A stretch of 63,414 nt of DNA, counting the filler, from Rhabdomonas costata (Eukaryota), in NCBI GenBank assembly GCA_019059605.1. It is 51 parts of 51 records of this genome, joined end to end, with 100 filler letters (N's around TTAATTAATTAA, not from the genome) between each part and the next. Parts side by side here need not be neighbours in the genome. Positions count along the whole stretch, not along the records: positions 1 to 1,146 come from JAHMHO010026353.1; positions 1,247 to 2,394 come from JAHMHO010026354.1; positions 2,495 to 3,640 come from JAHMHO010026355.1; positions 3,741 to 4,886 come from JAHMHO010026356.1; positions 4,987 to 6,133 come from JAHMHO010026357.1; positions 6,234 to 7,379 come from JAHMHO010026358.1; positions 7,480 to 8,625 come from JAHMHO010026359.1; positions 8,726 to 9,867 come from JAHMHO010026360.1; 43 more parts are not named here. The stretch is one strand, 5' to 3'. The notes below the pieces were generated by a model that was given only the letters and a program-made list of their open reading frames with translations, ran no database searches and had not been told where the DNA came from. Shown here one piece after another: positions 1-11,680 of this stretch. The number at the start of each line of letters is the position of its first letter. Positions within the stretch are counted from its first letter, which is position 1. A program made the translations under genes and the position numbers.

Positions 1-300
1 ACGCTGACGAACATGCTGGGCTCGCTGGGGACGTACTTCGCGTCGCAGCCTTTATGGCCTGGGCTTCCTGGGCACGGGCAGGGGCTGGCGTGCGCGCCTG
101 CCTCGGGGCTGTCGATCTTTGTGAACCAGTCCGCGAGGTTTTTGCTGCATAAGTACTGCAGCTGGGCCAACCTGAGCTTTGGCAGGCTGGACACTGCAAA
201 CCTCACCAACCTGACGACGGGGCAGGCCGAGGAGTACTTCGTACAGGCCGCGCGGGTGCAGGTGCTGAACCTCGATTGGGTGGCCGTGTGCGTGCTTCCG
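1..300 (+). CDS. Partial exon, putative Cache-like extracellular region of a receptor-type nucleotide cyclase
   Basis: GC3-rich open frame ending ...HKYCSWANL...EYFVQAARVQVLNLDWVAVCVLP, then donor GTGCGG at 301. 'YFV..(L)DW.vv.vlP' resembles the end of a Cache domain before the TM/HAMP segment. It is similar to the exons at 1296-2040. Confidence 0.5.
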
Positions 301-1295
301 GTGCGGCTGCACGAGGGCAAGGTTTTGGATGCATTCGCCGTACTTGGACAGAAGATTGTGCAGCAGTCCGCATCGCTGGTAACGGAGGTGGAATCCTTCG
401 GGATGCAAGCCAATGCGAAGGTCTGTTGTTGTGAGTTCCATGTGTGCATCGTCTATTCTTCGACTTTTTTTTTTCAATTCCTCGTAGCCACAGGATTGTG
501 TTTGTTACTTTTCGGGGTTTGCGCGTTTGCCAGCCCTGGGCTTACACCTTTGGGAATGGACGTTCTCTGACGAACGTTCGGATACCCATGCCTTTGACTG
601 CCCCACCCCCCATTACCCAAGGGTCTTATCCTTTGCTTTGCTGCTGAGCGATGGAAAGATGGAAAGAATTGAGAAGTGAAGATATGAGTTGAGGTCGCGC
701 CAGCGAGTCGAACGACAGGGTGCGACTGGCCTGGTGGTGGAAGTCAAGCTGCGGTTTATTGTCGCGCTCGACTTCATCGTTTCAAGCGGACTCCTATAAA
801 GGCGTGGCGAAGGAGGCGGTCAACTCGCGACCGGCAGTTGAAGCAAAACGAATAGGACTAAGATAAAAAAAGACGTGCCCAGTGCTGGAGGCCAGAGAAG
901 TGTCGACAGGGAGGACGAGAGAGGAACTGACGGTCCTATTCCTGAGGGTGCCGCGAGCCCGGGAGCTTCCATCAGGGAGTCGGCGAAAGGTCGATGAAAG
1001 ACGCGTGTGGGGTATGTACGCCCTAACTTGGGGTGGAGTCACATGCCGACGTTGTTCCAAGAGGAGTACACCGCAGGACGAGCTGGCGGGCTGATCCTGA
1101 CCTCGGAATACCTCGGAATGCCTCGGAATACACTTCACACCCACACNNNNNNNNNNNNNNNNNNNNNNNNNNNNNNNNNNNNNNNNNNNNTTAATTAATT
1201 AANNNNNNNNNNNNNNNNNNNNNNNNNNNNNNNNNNNNNNNNNNNNGAAGCGTTGCTTGCAATTGCGCAAGCTCGGGACATTCTTTTCTTTCTAG

Positions 1296-2040
1296 GTGAG
1301 TCTCACGGAGCTCTTTGGACAGGTCCCTTGGCTGGCTGCGCTCTTCGACCATGTCCAGGTATGCATGTGTGTAGGTGTGGGCGCGCTCATCAGAACGAAC
1401 TCCCAGGGAATTGAGAACTTGCGCCTCGTGCAAATATATCGTGTTATACTGCCTTTTGGGCGGCCGCGGAGCTGGAAGAATCCATCAGAAGCCCTCCGAA
1501 AGAGCATGTGCGTGCGCGCCGTCGATAAAACTGGAACCTGAATCCCTTCAGTGGGCGATCTCTCCCTCTCAGGGCGGCTGGAAGAAGGCAATAGCCAGCT
1601 CACAAGAGAATAGAGAGATCACGAAAAGCTGAAAACCGCCCCTACCTATGTTCTGTTTGTGTGATTCTCCTGGGGTACACTGGGCCCCCATCCAGTTATC
1701 GAACATGCGTGTACTGCTGGAAAGCTCGAAGAGACCCCCAGTGCAATCAACCGTCAAACGTAAAGCCGTTGGTGCTTTATCGCCTTCCCTGAAGACCCCC
1801 CCAAAAAAACACGGCTCCCGTGCCCCCCGGCCGCCAGTGTTGCTCTGCCCTCGGTCTTAGATTGTCACTGCCCTTGAATCAACGCTAGCTGAAGACATCT
1901 TTCATTGCACTCCTGCTGCCTTTGCCCTGACAGAAGGAGTACGGGTCCTGGATGAATGTGGCGCAGTCCGTCACCAAGGCGGACTTCTCCGGGGCCACGT
2001 ACTACGTCAGCCTGGACGTGATCACCACGGTGAATCTCCG
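1296..2040 (+). CDS. Two exons (1296-1358, 1934-2040), paralogous Cache-like region
   Basis: AG/GT-bounded, phase-compatible exons read VSLTELFGQVPWLAALFDHVQ|KEYGSWMNVAQSVTKADFSGATYYVSLDVITTVNLR. KEYGSWMNV aligns with HKYCSWANL, and YYVS..NLR with YFVQ..NLDW, in contig 1. Confidence 0.5.
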
Positions 2041-2495
2041 GTGTGTTCCCTTCTGTGAACTGAAGGGAAAGAGTATAAGGACCTTTTTGGATGGAGGTCC
2101 TTCGCAGAGATGACCCGCTCGGAAAGCCGAGGCCTGCAGCGGCGAAAATTCCATACTCCTTTTTCCTTTACACATGCGCGTTTGCTCGCTTGCGTCTGGG
2201 CATTTTTTTCAAGCGTTCATTTGTCTGGGCCCTTTCGAGAAGAGAATGGTTTGGGGAAGGTGTGGGAGTTTTATACACACTTTGTGAGTGCGGTCGATAT
2301 ATCCTCCGTTGCTCTGGGGAAAGAAGCGGCGCAAGACTTAAGAAAAAAGTGAAGAGCCGCCAAGGGGCAACCACCTGAGGATGCAAGGACCGCCNNNNNN
2401 NNNNNNNNNNNNNNNNNNNNNNNNNNNNNNNNNNNNNNTTAATTAATTAANNNNNNNNNNNNNNNNNNNNNNNNNNNNNNNNNNNNNNNNNNNNG

Positions 2496-2624
2496 CCGTT
2501 TCACCGCGGTCCCTTCCCTTTCCACTCGCGTATTCTTTGTTTCTTGTGAGTCCGCTATTAGCGAGCGGACTCACAAGAAACAAAGAATACGCGAGTGGAA
2601 AGGGAAGGGACCGCGGTGAAACGG
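2496..2624. repeat. Perfect 61-bp inverted repeat with 7-nt spacer; contig end (3618-3640) repeats contig start (2495-2517)
   Basis: 2496-2556 is the exact reverse complement of 2564-2624, and there is a 23-nt direct terminal overlap. Confidence 0.95.
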
Positions 2625-4351
2625 AACGCTTACGTTACAAAGCTGGAAGAGAATCTGTTGCACTTTTCTAAATCACCCCCTTTCACCCAAAGAATAATTC
2701 TTTAGACCGTTCGAAACGAACTTTGAAACAAAAAAGAACCTGCAGTTCCGAGGTCACACACTTGATCTTGACAATAACATTACGACATAGCTACAAAAAA
2801 AGACTGAAACCAAGCGCAAAAAAGGGTGGCGCACGAAGGGGCAGCGAAAACCAAGGTGTGTACCGATATGCCTTTTTGCTTGAAGCGAAAATTGGGCGGC
2901 ACTTTCAGCAACTTTCGACTTTCAGCAACCTTGCTGTGACATTCCATGCTTTCGTTGCGCACCCGCACTCGAACTCGAGAGCGCAAAATGCAAAATGCAT
3001 TGAGCACTTTCCAACCGTGTGTATAACACAGGCCTACCCTCCATGTTTTCCCCAGACCCACCCAATTTTTACTACCGTAGGAGCGATACTCAGTGGCTTC
3101 AACCGATTCGATGCCCCGCTTGATACTGGTCCAGTGCAAAGTGGGAAGTAACCGCCACAGTACTTGAGTTATCGAGCGCCAGTTGGGCATTGTGGACTTG
3201 TGGCCGAAAGTTCGACCCGCTGCAAGAGGTCAAATAGGCACGCGTAGCCACGCGTAATCATGCCCTATACACGCCCACTGACTGCAGGAGAAGGCCAAAA
3301 GAGGTGCCAGAAGTCGTCTGACCACATTCATCACATTCGGCGCGATTGGGAGCAGCTGGGTGAGGTCTTCCTTCTACTCCAGGGCGGGCGCAGCCTTGGC
3401 AAAAAAAAACGCTTACAAACCACAGAGTTTTGAAACGGTTTTTTCAAGTTCATTTCTCCATCTCACGTGTGAGAAGAAAGTTCGGCCTGAGGGTGAACCA
3501 AACGATAAAAATTTTTGCAGTGCCCCCAAACATGGCAAGTAGGTTCGCCAGCTCTGCTGCAATGAAAGGCCCGTCGCACAATGGTATTCCCAGAACCTTA
3601 ATCCCCGCATCTTCTTCGCCGTTTCACCGCGGTCCCTTCCNNNNNNNNNNNNNNNNNNNNNNNNNNNNNNNNNNNNNNNNNNNNTTAATTAATTAANNNN
3701 NNNNNNNNNNNNNNNNNNNNNNNNNNNNNNNNNNNNNNNNGGGGTTTTATGATCGAGCTTGAGACAGCGGAGGTCTCTTGTGCCCGGAGGCTGACGTGTC
3801 CGTGGTTCTCCACTTTTTTTTCACCCAAAACGGCAGCAGCGGGGCGAGACATCCAAGTTCAACTCCGAAGGTGGGTACCGGGAGAGTGGCAAACCGGGAT
3901 TACCACAGCCCTCGGGTGCGATAAGGTGCTTCCTCCTTGTTCGGAGCGACCCTTCCAAGAATGTTTTCAAGGTTTCCCACACTGACAAGTGGAGGATGGG
4001 GCAAAGCCGAGCCAGGCGCCTGGGGTCTGGGATTGTTGTATCCACTGCGATCCAATAATACTCTTTTTCGGTTACAAGAAACTATCTTCCTCCGCTTTTG
4101 CTGCAAATCAACGTCTTTTGGAACCACCAAATTTTACATATGGAGGTAGATGGCGATATACGGCGTTTCGGATATTACCCACAGCTTTTTGAGCTCTCCG
4201 TGAAGAATTTTTAACTCCAGAATGTTTGAGTGGTCCTCCGCATCACTCGTGACCAAAAACCAAACGCATTGGGGATATCCACCCCGTTCTTTCTTGACCC
4301 CAACTCTCACTCAGGCAGCCTTGAAATCCCATGCCTTGTGGTGGATCCTAC

Positions 4352-4544
4352 CCAGGACCTCGGCGTCCTTGGGCCCTGCCCAGCACCCGGTGGCCTTCTT
4401 GAGCTCTCCCATGACCTTCTGGTTTGCGTAGGGCACGTGCAGCCAAAGGTCATGAATGTGCTTAATGTACGCCGCGTGCTGGCCATCGGTGAGGTCGCAG
4501 CTCACGAAGACCACCTCCAAGGGAGTGGTGGACTTGTTGCAGGC
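4352..4544 (-). CDS. Internal exon, nucleoredoxin/tryparedoxin-like thioredoxin-fold protein
   Basis: ttccacAG|ACNKSTTPLEVVFVSCDLTDGQHAAYIKHIHDLWLHVPYANQKVMGELKKATGCWAGPKDAEVL|GTagga. This matches the 'EVVFVS.D...W..vPy' segment that follows the active site in NXN/TXN proteins. Confidence 0.75.
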
Positions 4545-5346
4545 CTGTGGAAATGCAGAGGGGGGCGTCCCGGATTCCAATCCAGTATGAATTCCACATT
4601 TTCTGGTTTCACATCGCAGGGATTAGAAAGTAACAGGTTGCAAAAGCAGGTTTCAAAAAAATGCTATTCGGAAAAACAGAGTGGAAATGGTTCGCTTGAA
4701 AGGCAAAACAAACACCAAGCGTATGGGGAACAGAAAGCAAGTCAAGAACAAAAACGGACCAGTTCAGAAGGAATCCGAAAACGACATTCCAAAAGAATTT
4801 CATTCCCCTTCGAGGACTGCAATGGTAAAACAAGCTTAACATTACTTTCAACCCCAAGTCGTGCACCCAAAGCCGTCCAAAAAAACNNNNNNNNNNNNNN
4901 NNNNNNNNNNNNNNNNNNNNNNNNNNNNNNTTAATTAATTAANNNNNNNNNNNNNNNNNNNNNNNNNNNNNNNNNNNNNNNNNNNNTGTTGGGCGTGTTT
5001 GGTTGGGTTGGTGTCCCTAAAGGTGAAAGGGAGTGCAAGGAAGGGTGGGGTAAGATGCACCTAACCTGCATCTAAAGACCGAAGAGTGAAAAAAGGCCTT
5101 TTAGTGTTTGCTGGTCGTATACTCCCTCGTATGCACTCGGTCGTATACTCCCTAGATGCTGAACCCCAAATACCCTAACCCTCGTCTCGAAGCATACGCT
5201 CCTCGACTCGGGGACACTAAATCGAAAAAGCTTACCTGTCGAAGACCGAAAACCATGCACACACTTCCCGATACAAATATTTCCATCCCTCCTAACACTC
5301 TTACACGCAACACATGCAAAAGCCAAACAGCTCACAACGGGAGTAC

Positions 5347-5576
5347 CGCAGAAGCGCGGCACCCTCAATCTTCCGCCGGTTGTCCTCCTCGGGCAGCGTC
5401 AGCAGGATCCTCGCAGTATCCCGCATCTTCTTCAGCACGGTCTGCACACGCCAGATCTCCCGCTTGCACCGCAGCCCGTACTCCCCACACAGCTTCAGCT
5501 CGCGGTCCAGCCGCTCCTTCTCGAACGGCCGCGCCGGGGTTTTGGTGGTTTTGGAGTAGCACCGGTAGTTCCTCAT
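5347..5576 (-). CDS. RPS9: 40S ribosomal protein S9 (uS4), first coding exon
   Basis: [44 protein letters not shown]...IEGAALLR, then donor GTACTC at 5346. The '[15 protein letters not shown]' variant resembles euglenozoan uS4. Confidence 0.97.
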
Positions 5577-5844
5577 TCTCTTTGGACTGAAAAGGGATGT
5601 CTTAGGGCAGTGACTCCGTCAGAAAAAACTCACAAAGCTGAAAGACGAAAGAAAAGAAGTTCATGGTTTAAGTACCTATGAGAATTAGCATTCACAAGCC
5701 TGGTAGCAGGGTGGATTCATGCGCACCTATGGCACCCATGATGACACCGTGCCGTAGCAGACCACCACCATGCCAGGTTGGCTCGTAGCACAGGTTCGCA
5801 TTGCACTACCCTATGCACTATGCCCTAACCCTGACACTGGTACT

Positions 5845-5846
<2 letters not shown>

Positions 5847-5879
<33 letters not shown>
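5847..5879. repeat. (CA)n microsatellite
   Basis: Uninterrupted CA run. Similar (TG/CA)n tracts lie near 10006-10026, 10438-10463, 21464-21490 and 29765-29794. Confidence 0.95.
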
Positions 5880-5881
<2 letters not shown>

Positions 5882-6274
5882 ACATAACTACTATGGGTCA
5901 CTATGCCCTACGTTGGCTATACACATATGCTATGGTGCCTTGGCCATACAACAGCGTCCTACCACTCTGATGTACATTCAGCTTCCACTCTGCAACACTG
6001 CTGCTCAACGGACACGCTGCCAACCACACCAAACCATACATATCACGAGTGGCAAACCTGACCCACCCACCCGATCTCTCTTTCTAAGAGATTCCTAAGG
6101 CAGCGGGCAGAAAAACTTAGAAAACACAAAACANNNNNNNNNNNNNNNNNNNNNNNNNNNNNNNNNNNNNNNNNNNNTTAATTAATTAANNNNNNNNNNN
6201 NNNNNNNNNNNNNNNNNNNNNNNNNNNNNNNNNTTGTGTGTGTCGGCGCGCGTGCTGGCGCAAGATGTCACACC

Positions 6275-6907
6275 ATAAAGGTTGGGGACACCCTGATGAA
6301 CTCCTTCCTGGTGAACTGCATCCTCGTCCTAGTCGCGACGGTCACCGTGGTGCAGTTCGCCGCGATGTCCTTCCGTGCTTACGCCGCCAACACCGCGGTA
6401 TGTGCGTTTGTGTGTGTCGGCGCGCGTGCTGGCGCAAGATGTCACACCACACAGCGCGTTTTGCATCGTTCCCACTTCCCAGGCACCATTCTTGTATGTG
6501 TGTGCGTGGAAAGCCGCGGCTGCATTTCCCCATGCGAGATCCTTTTAGCCCTGGTCGCCGCTGAACGTGACTCCGGTCGGTGGTACGCGCCGAGGCAACT
6601 GATTTCACCTATCAGGTATACAGGTCTCACAGGGTGTTCATGCTGCTTATCATTCAGCACGCGTGGAGTTTATCAGGTAGGCTGTGGAAGGGGAGGTGAG
6701 TTGCGCTTCGTCGCCTCCCCACAAAAATAGGTCTACTCGCTGTTCAACGCGTTCATCAGCAATTTGAAGGGCATCGGGTACGTGTTCCGGTACTTTCAGT
6801 ACGTCCTCCTGGCGATCGCGTTTCTCTCTATTTTGGTCGGAGGAGTGCTGTGCAACCGCCGCCGCAAAGACCGCGAGCGGGAGGAGCGGGAGCTGAACTG
6901 GATGTGA
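6275..6907 (+). CDS. LMBR1/LIMR-family membrane protein, last two exons (~6275-6397, 6731-6907)
   Basis: KVGDTLMNSFLVNCILVLVATVTVVQFAAMSFRAYAANTA|VYSLFNAFISNLKGIGYVFRYFQYVLLAIAFLSILV...NWM*. 'TLMNSFL.N...vQF...F..YA..T...L.GI.Y' is the LIMR C-terminal signature. GT-AG intron at 6398-6730. Confidence 0.85.
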
Positions 6908-7519
6908 GCGACCGCCCTCTCCCTAGAGCACCATCGCCAAGGCAGGGGAGTGGGCCGCGACTTTAGCCATCTGACCATGTTGTGTGGATGGAGAAGGAAG
7001 ATGCCTACCACCTCCCTTGTGACCTTCTGTACGATATGCAGAGTTTGCGGATTGCGCAACGTTGTGGATATGGGTGCGACTGGGTTTCAGGTTTGCTCCG
7101 TGTTTCCTTTTTTTTTTCTGCTCAGACCTTCGTTCGCTTCATAGCCGTCATTTCTGCTTCCCACGCTACCCCCCATCCCCGCACGCGGAGCGGCGAGCAC
7201 TTCACGGCGTTGCTGTGTGTGCTGTATAGAGCGGGTTGTTGCTTGCTTCGTTCAGCAGTGTGGTTCGGGTTCAGTCAGGAATGCAGTCGGCTCTTAGTAG
7301 CAAGATGTTTTTGTCATAATCGCTCAGTGAATATTAATAATCTGGTTCCTGCAATTGCGAGCGATTATGACCAAAACAANNNNNNNNNNNNNNNNNNNNN
7401 NNNNNNNNNNNNNNNNNNNNNNNTTAATTAATTAANNNNNNNNNNNNNNNNNNNNNNNNNNNNNNNNNNNNNNNNNNNNGGGTTGGGTGCTGCTGCAAAA
7501 CTGCCACCTCGCGAAGTCC

Positions 7520-8552
7520 GACCTGCCGCTCCAGCTCTGGCATGAAGGACTTCGCGAGGTGGCAGTTTTGCAGCAGCACCCAGTCCCCTGCCTTCCGCCC
7601 GGCCTCGATGACCCGCTTGGCGTTCTCCTCCTGGCCCTGGCCCAGGGAGATGGAGTGCAGGCGGTCGGCATACCCTCGAGCCTGGCTGAAGCGCGCCAGG
7701 GTGGCCGTGGGGTCGGCCCCCGTGGACAGCACAAAGATCACGGGGGTGCCCGCGCTGGTGTCCTCGAAGATCGCCGGCAGGTCAAACAGGGGATCCCTAC
7801 CAGCCGCCACCACAACAGCCCGATGCTAAGTAACGGCAACGGGAAAAGTAAAAGCCAATGAATTCACGTCATATCCCACACTACGACACACACAACCAGC
7901 ACCACCCATGAAAGAGACTAACGTACCCACGAAAACAGAGACCAGGCTCACTACAAAGAGAGTTTTCGTTACATTTTTTTTCACAGTGCCACCGGGTAAG
8001 TTTTCTATTCCCTTCACATTTCGAAATACCCTTAATATTAGAAACCACTTCAACACTGCGGGGCCACGCCTTGGCGGACTGGAATCCCCCAACAAAATGG
8101 GGAATACACACGCGTTGGGTTATCGCCCGGGTCCTAGAAAGCTATCATCAGGAAGCCGTGAAGAGTAAGCAGAGTAAGTTAGATGGGAGTTAGGTGCTAT
8201 GCTTGAGTAAGCCTGGCTCATACCCAGAACATATAACGACAGAAAGGCACGGGGCAAAGTGCATGCATTTGTTGGGTGGATGAAGAGGAAGTTAAGGGAC
8301 AGACCTGACAAACATCGCCCCCATCTCCGACCGCACAAAGCCTTGCAGCGCGAATAGCAGCTTCTCCTCCCGCAGCACGCGGAGAAGCAGCAGCTTCTGG
8401 AAGGCCGAGAGGTGGGCGTTCCAGTCCAGGGTCTCGTCGCCAGTGGAACTGGGCAGGGGCTCGTCTTGGGGCTCCTTAGCCTCCACCCACCGCTGCCAGA
8501 CCTCAGGGCGTGCCACAAGATCTTCAATCAGCGGCCGGAAAGGCGGGATTAC
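7520..8552 (-). CDS. Axonemal dynein heavy chain, AAA5-lid/AAA6 region, exons 8552-8305 and 7796-~7520
   Basis: LSAFQKLLLLRVLREEK...MFVR|DPLFDL...TPVIFVLSTGADP...ISLGQGQ...GDWVLLQNCHLAKSFMPELE. Phase-correct GT-AG intron at 8304-7797. Confidence 0.96.
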
Positions 8553-10432
8553 CTGCGAGGAGGGAGGAAGACTAGAATCCGCCCCAGTACCACAGAGCCG
8601 GATGGAAAGCCCAGAACCCCAACCCNNNNNNNNNNNNNNNNNNNNNNNNNNNNNNNNNNNNNNNNNNNNTTAATTAATTAANNNNNNNNNNNNNNNNNNN
8701 NNNNNNNNNNNNNNNNNNNNNNNNNGTGGTGGGTGTGGTTGGGTGTGGGTGGGAAGAGGGCATGGTGCCCTTTGCCGCAGCAGGCGTCTGCGCCGGACGG
8801 GATAGCAAGACACCGGGCACAGGGGGCGCCGGTGCTGCGCGCAGAAGTCCGCCATGCGGGGGGCGCCCGTTGAGTGGTGGTGGGCGCAGCAAAGCAGGAG
8901 GGAGGGCTTGACCCTGGAGGTCGGGCAGGCGTCGCAGATGCAACGACGGTAAATTGGAGCATACGATGGCTCGATCAAAGCCACCTTGCTCACAGCTGCT
9001 GAGACTATCGGAACTTAACGCCACCTCCACAGAGACAACCTCAAAGCAGACACGACGTCGAGCAAGCCCAAAAATGGCAAAAATGCAGGCCAATGGAACG
9101 AGGCCTACTTGGTGACCTACTGGATGGGTGTTGGGTTACTGGATGATTAGGTTGAACTCAGCGTTTGGATGGTTCATTTGAGGACACGGTGTTCCTGCAT
9201 CTACCACAAGGTAACATAAGGGCTGTGGTAGCGTTTCCCCTAAATCTGCGTTGAAATTCCACAACAAGTGACTGAGGAGATAAGCTTGAATCGAAACAGA
9301 GCAATCTCACCTGACTGTGATTTCAATGTTGCGCAAATAAACAGGCGCTGATGGAATAATTGATGGCGACGAACATTATCGCACGAAAGGCCTCTTGAAA
9401 AAGAGCGGATGCGTGCCCCTTGGCAGTTCTTTATCCTTTCGTTGCCGTTCTTCCCCACGCATCGGAGGGGTTAAACGACGGCACTGACCCGAAAATGCAC
9501 TCACGCCCCATATGAATGGGCCAGGCGAAATGGCTAGAGATCGCTTGAGCTTGACTACGAAACTCACCGCACAAGGTCGTGGCCCGATCCAGTAAAGAGG
9601 AATCATGCCCCACAATATGGAATTTCCCGTCGCACAGCCACAATGACAGTACGTCGTCTCCGAAGTCAACACATGCCCATCCATAGTCAGCTCATAAGTT
9701 CATAATTCGCGAAGACAAACACTATCACAGCGGTTAACGAGAAGTTTTGCCGTTTATTGGCATCACAGCGTAAGCAGCGCACGAAGGACAAGCAGACATG
9801 TACACATGCAGAAAGATGCAGGCAGTAAGGCTTGAGCAAAGGGTTCTGGGCTGGCACCCAAAAAACANNNNNNNNNNNNNNNNNNNNNNNNNNNNNNNNN
9901 NNNNNNNNNNNTTAATTAATTAANNNNNNNNNNNNNNNNNNNNNNNNNNNNNNNNNNNNNNNNNNNNAGAGTGGAGAGAGAGAGGAGTTTAATTAGTAAA
10001 CATCGTGTGTGTGTGTGTGTGTGTGTTTTGGGCACATTGCGCACTGGCTGTCGCCTGGTTGACTGGTTGCTTGGTTGTTGGTGACCACTTTGGACGGGCG
10101 CACGCCTTGGAGCTTTTCTTTCGGATGGGTGAACGGGCAGCACCGGTATCTGCAAAAGCGCTTTCGACCTGGACATTCGGTACTGTTGTGGTGAGGCACT
10201 CTTGTGATTCGAATGAACGGTATCTACAGGCATGCCGTCCCATGCCAGCATCACACTCCTGGGGCACACGTTCTCGTCTTCCACCTTCTTTCGGCTGCGG
10301 CTTTCATGTCTCGCCCCTGGTAGTGTCAGGGGTCCCTTTCCTGCATGCGGCCTCTCCTGCTCTGCGTCTCTGTTCTCCCGGAATGCTCATTGATCCCCGC
10401 CGCCCTCTTTCCCCCGCCCTTCTCTGCTTGTC

Positions 10433-10464
<32 letters not shown>

Positions 10465-10789
10465 CTGTGTTTGGGCTACCCGGTGCGCGTGGTGTGTGCG
10501 TACTTGAGATCACAGCAGAAAGCAATCTCTTTCGTGCACCTGAAGATGGGACGGGTGGCCAGCTTTATTCCGAGGCTAGTGGGCTACCGCTGCTTTTTCA
10601 CATCGAATTATTGGCGGATTATGCTGGGAGGAGATGGAATCTTACGAAGTATTTTGCGCATACGGTGACTTCCGGAGGGGGGGGGGGAAGCAGACTTTGA
10701 GATTTGGCAGTTTTCTTTCTCGTGAGTTTCAATTGAAGAAGAAAGGAAACCGCTGGCCCTTGCTGCTCGCCCGCTTTTCTGCCGTGCCC

Positions 10790-11040
10790 AGCGGGGTCTA
10801 CCGTGTCCCCGTGCCTTCCACGTCTTCGAGTAGTCGCAGCGGCAGCAACACCGCCCTGTACGCGCTGTTCGCCTTGTTCGCGATTCCCCTGTTGCTCGGC
10901 GCCGGCGTGCTGGCGTACTGCGTGCTGAAGCGGCGTTTGGCCGAGCCACGCCCAGAGGAGTGCTACGGGAAGGTCGCCGCTCCGCTTTACGCTGCGTTCT
11001 CCCTGCTCTACTCGCCGCTTTCACCGCTTTTGAAGAGCAG
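10790..11040 (+). CDS. Probable exon encoding the TM anchor of a type I membrane protein (boundaries approximate)
   Basis: A Ser-rich linker is followed by hydrophobic ALYALFALFAIPLLLGAGVLAYCVL and basic KRR, with GC-rich codons. Confidence 0.5.
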
Positions 11041-11214
11041 CACTGAAAGGCGATGTCGCTTGTTCCTTGTTCTTCCCAAATGCCCAGCCCTTCGTCTTTG
11101 GTCACCCACCAACANNNNNNNNNNNNNNNNNNNNNNNNNNNNNNNNNNNNNNNNNNNNTTAATTAATTAANNNNNNNNNNNNNNNNNNNNNNNNNNNNNN
11201 NNNNNNNNNNNNNN

Positions 11215-11680
11215 CATTGGTGCTGAGGTCAAGATATGTGAGATTGGAGTTCCGCGAGAAGGCCCCCTCAGCAAAGCTGCACGAGAAGGAGTTCCCACTG
11301 AGGTCAAGGTGCCGCAACGCTGCCATCTGCGCTGCGGGGTTCAGGGTGCCACGGAAGTCATTGCGGCGGAGGTCCAGCCACTGCAGCCCAGCGGGCAGCG
11401 CAGAGAGGTTCATGGAGCCGGTGAACGAGTTCAGGCCCAGGTCCAGGGTGTGCAGGGAGTCTGGGAGCTGGCTTAGGTCCAGGGACCCCGCGAGGTTGCA
11501 CCCTGAAAGGTCCAGGACTTGCAGGGAGGGTGGGAGCCCAGTCAGGTTCACCGCGCCCCGCAGCCCGAGATTGCCCCGCAGGGAGAGCACCTTTAGGGAG
11601 TGGGGAAGTTTGCTGAAAGCCAGGCCGTAGGAGCCGCTGCCGCCCACGCTGAGGAAGTTGTTCTTGGTGAGGTCCAGCAC
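11215..11680 (-). CDS. Leucine-rich repeat protein exon (about six LRRs)
   Basis: Repeats of LP.SL.vLDLs.N.f.Gsl.l follow the acceptor ctactcAG at 11681. Confidence 0.93.

Noticed and set aside
3205..3222. GTTCGA T-loop-like motifs here and near 23085 and 60884
   Set aside because: No cloverleaf or A-box context, so they are not tRNAs.
5738..5834. ATGATGA...CTGA as a box C/D snoRNA
   Set aside because: No terminal stem, no clear C'/D' boxes and no recognisable rRNA guide.
6234..6275. 42-nt direct duplication of 6408-6449 fused to the LMBR1 exon
   Set aside because: It sits at the contig start, copies downstream intron sequence and joins at a short microhomology; probably a chimera.
7480..7581. 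Perfect terminal hairpins here and at ~13468-13597, 27405-27534, 49822-49901 and 53387-53433
   Set aside because: All lie at contig ends next to primer-like tails. The one at 7480 inverts the middle of a dynein exon at a microhomology, which is typical of fold-back amplification chimeras.
8726..8960. Cys/His-rich minus-strand frame resembling a B-box
   Set aside because: All three frames are open in GC-rich sequence and the ligand spacing is unconvincing.
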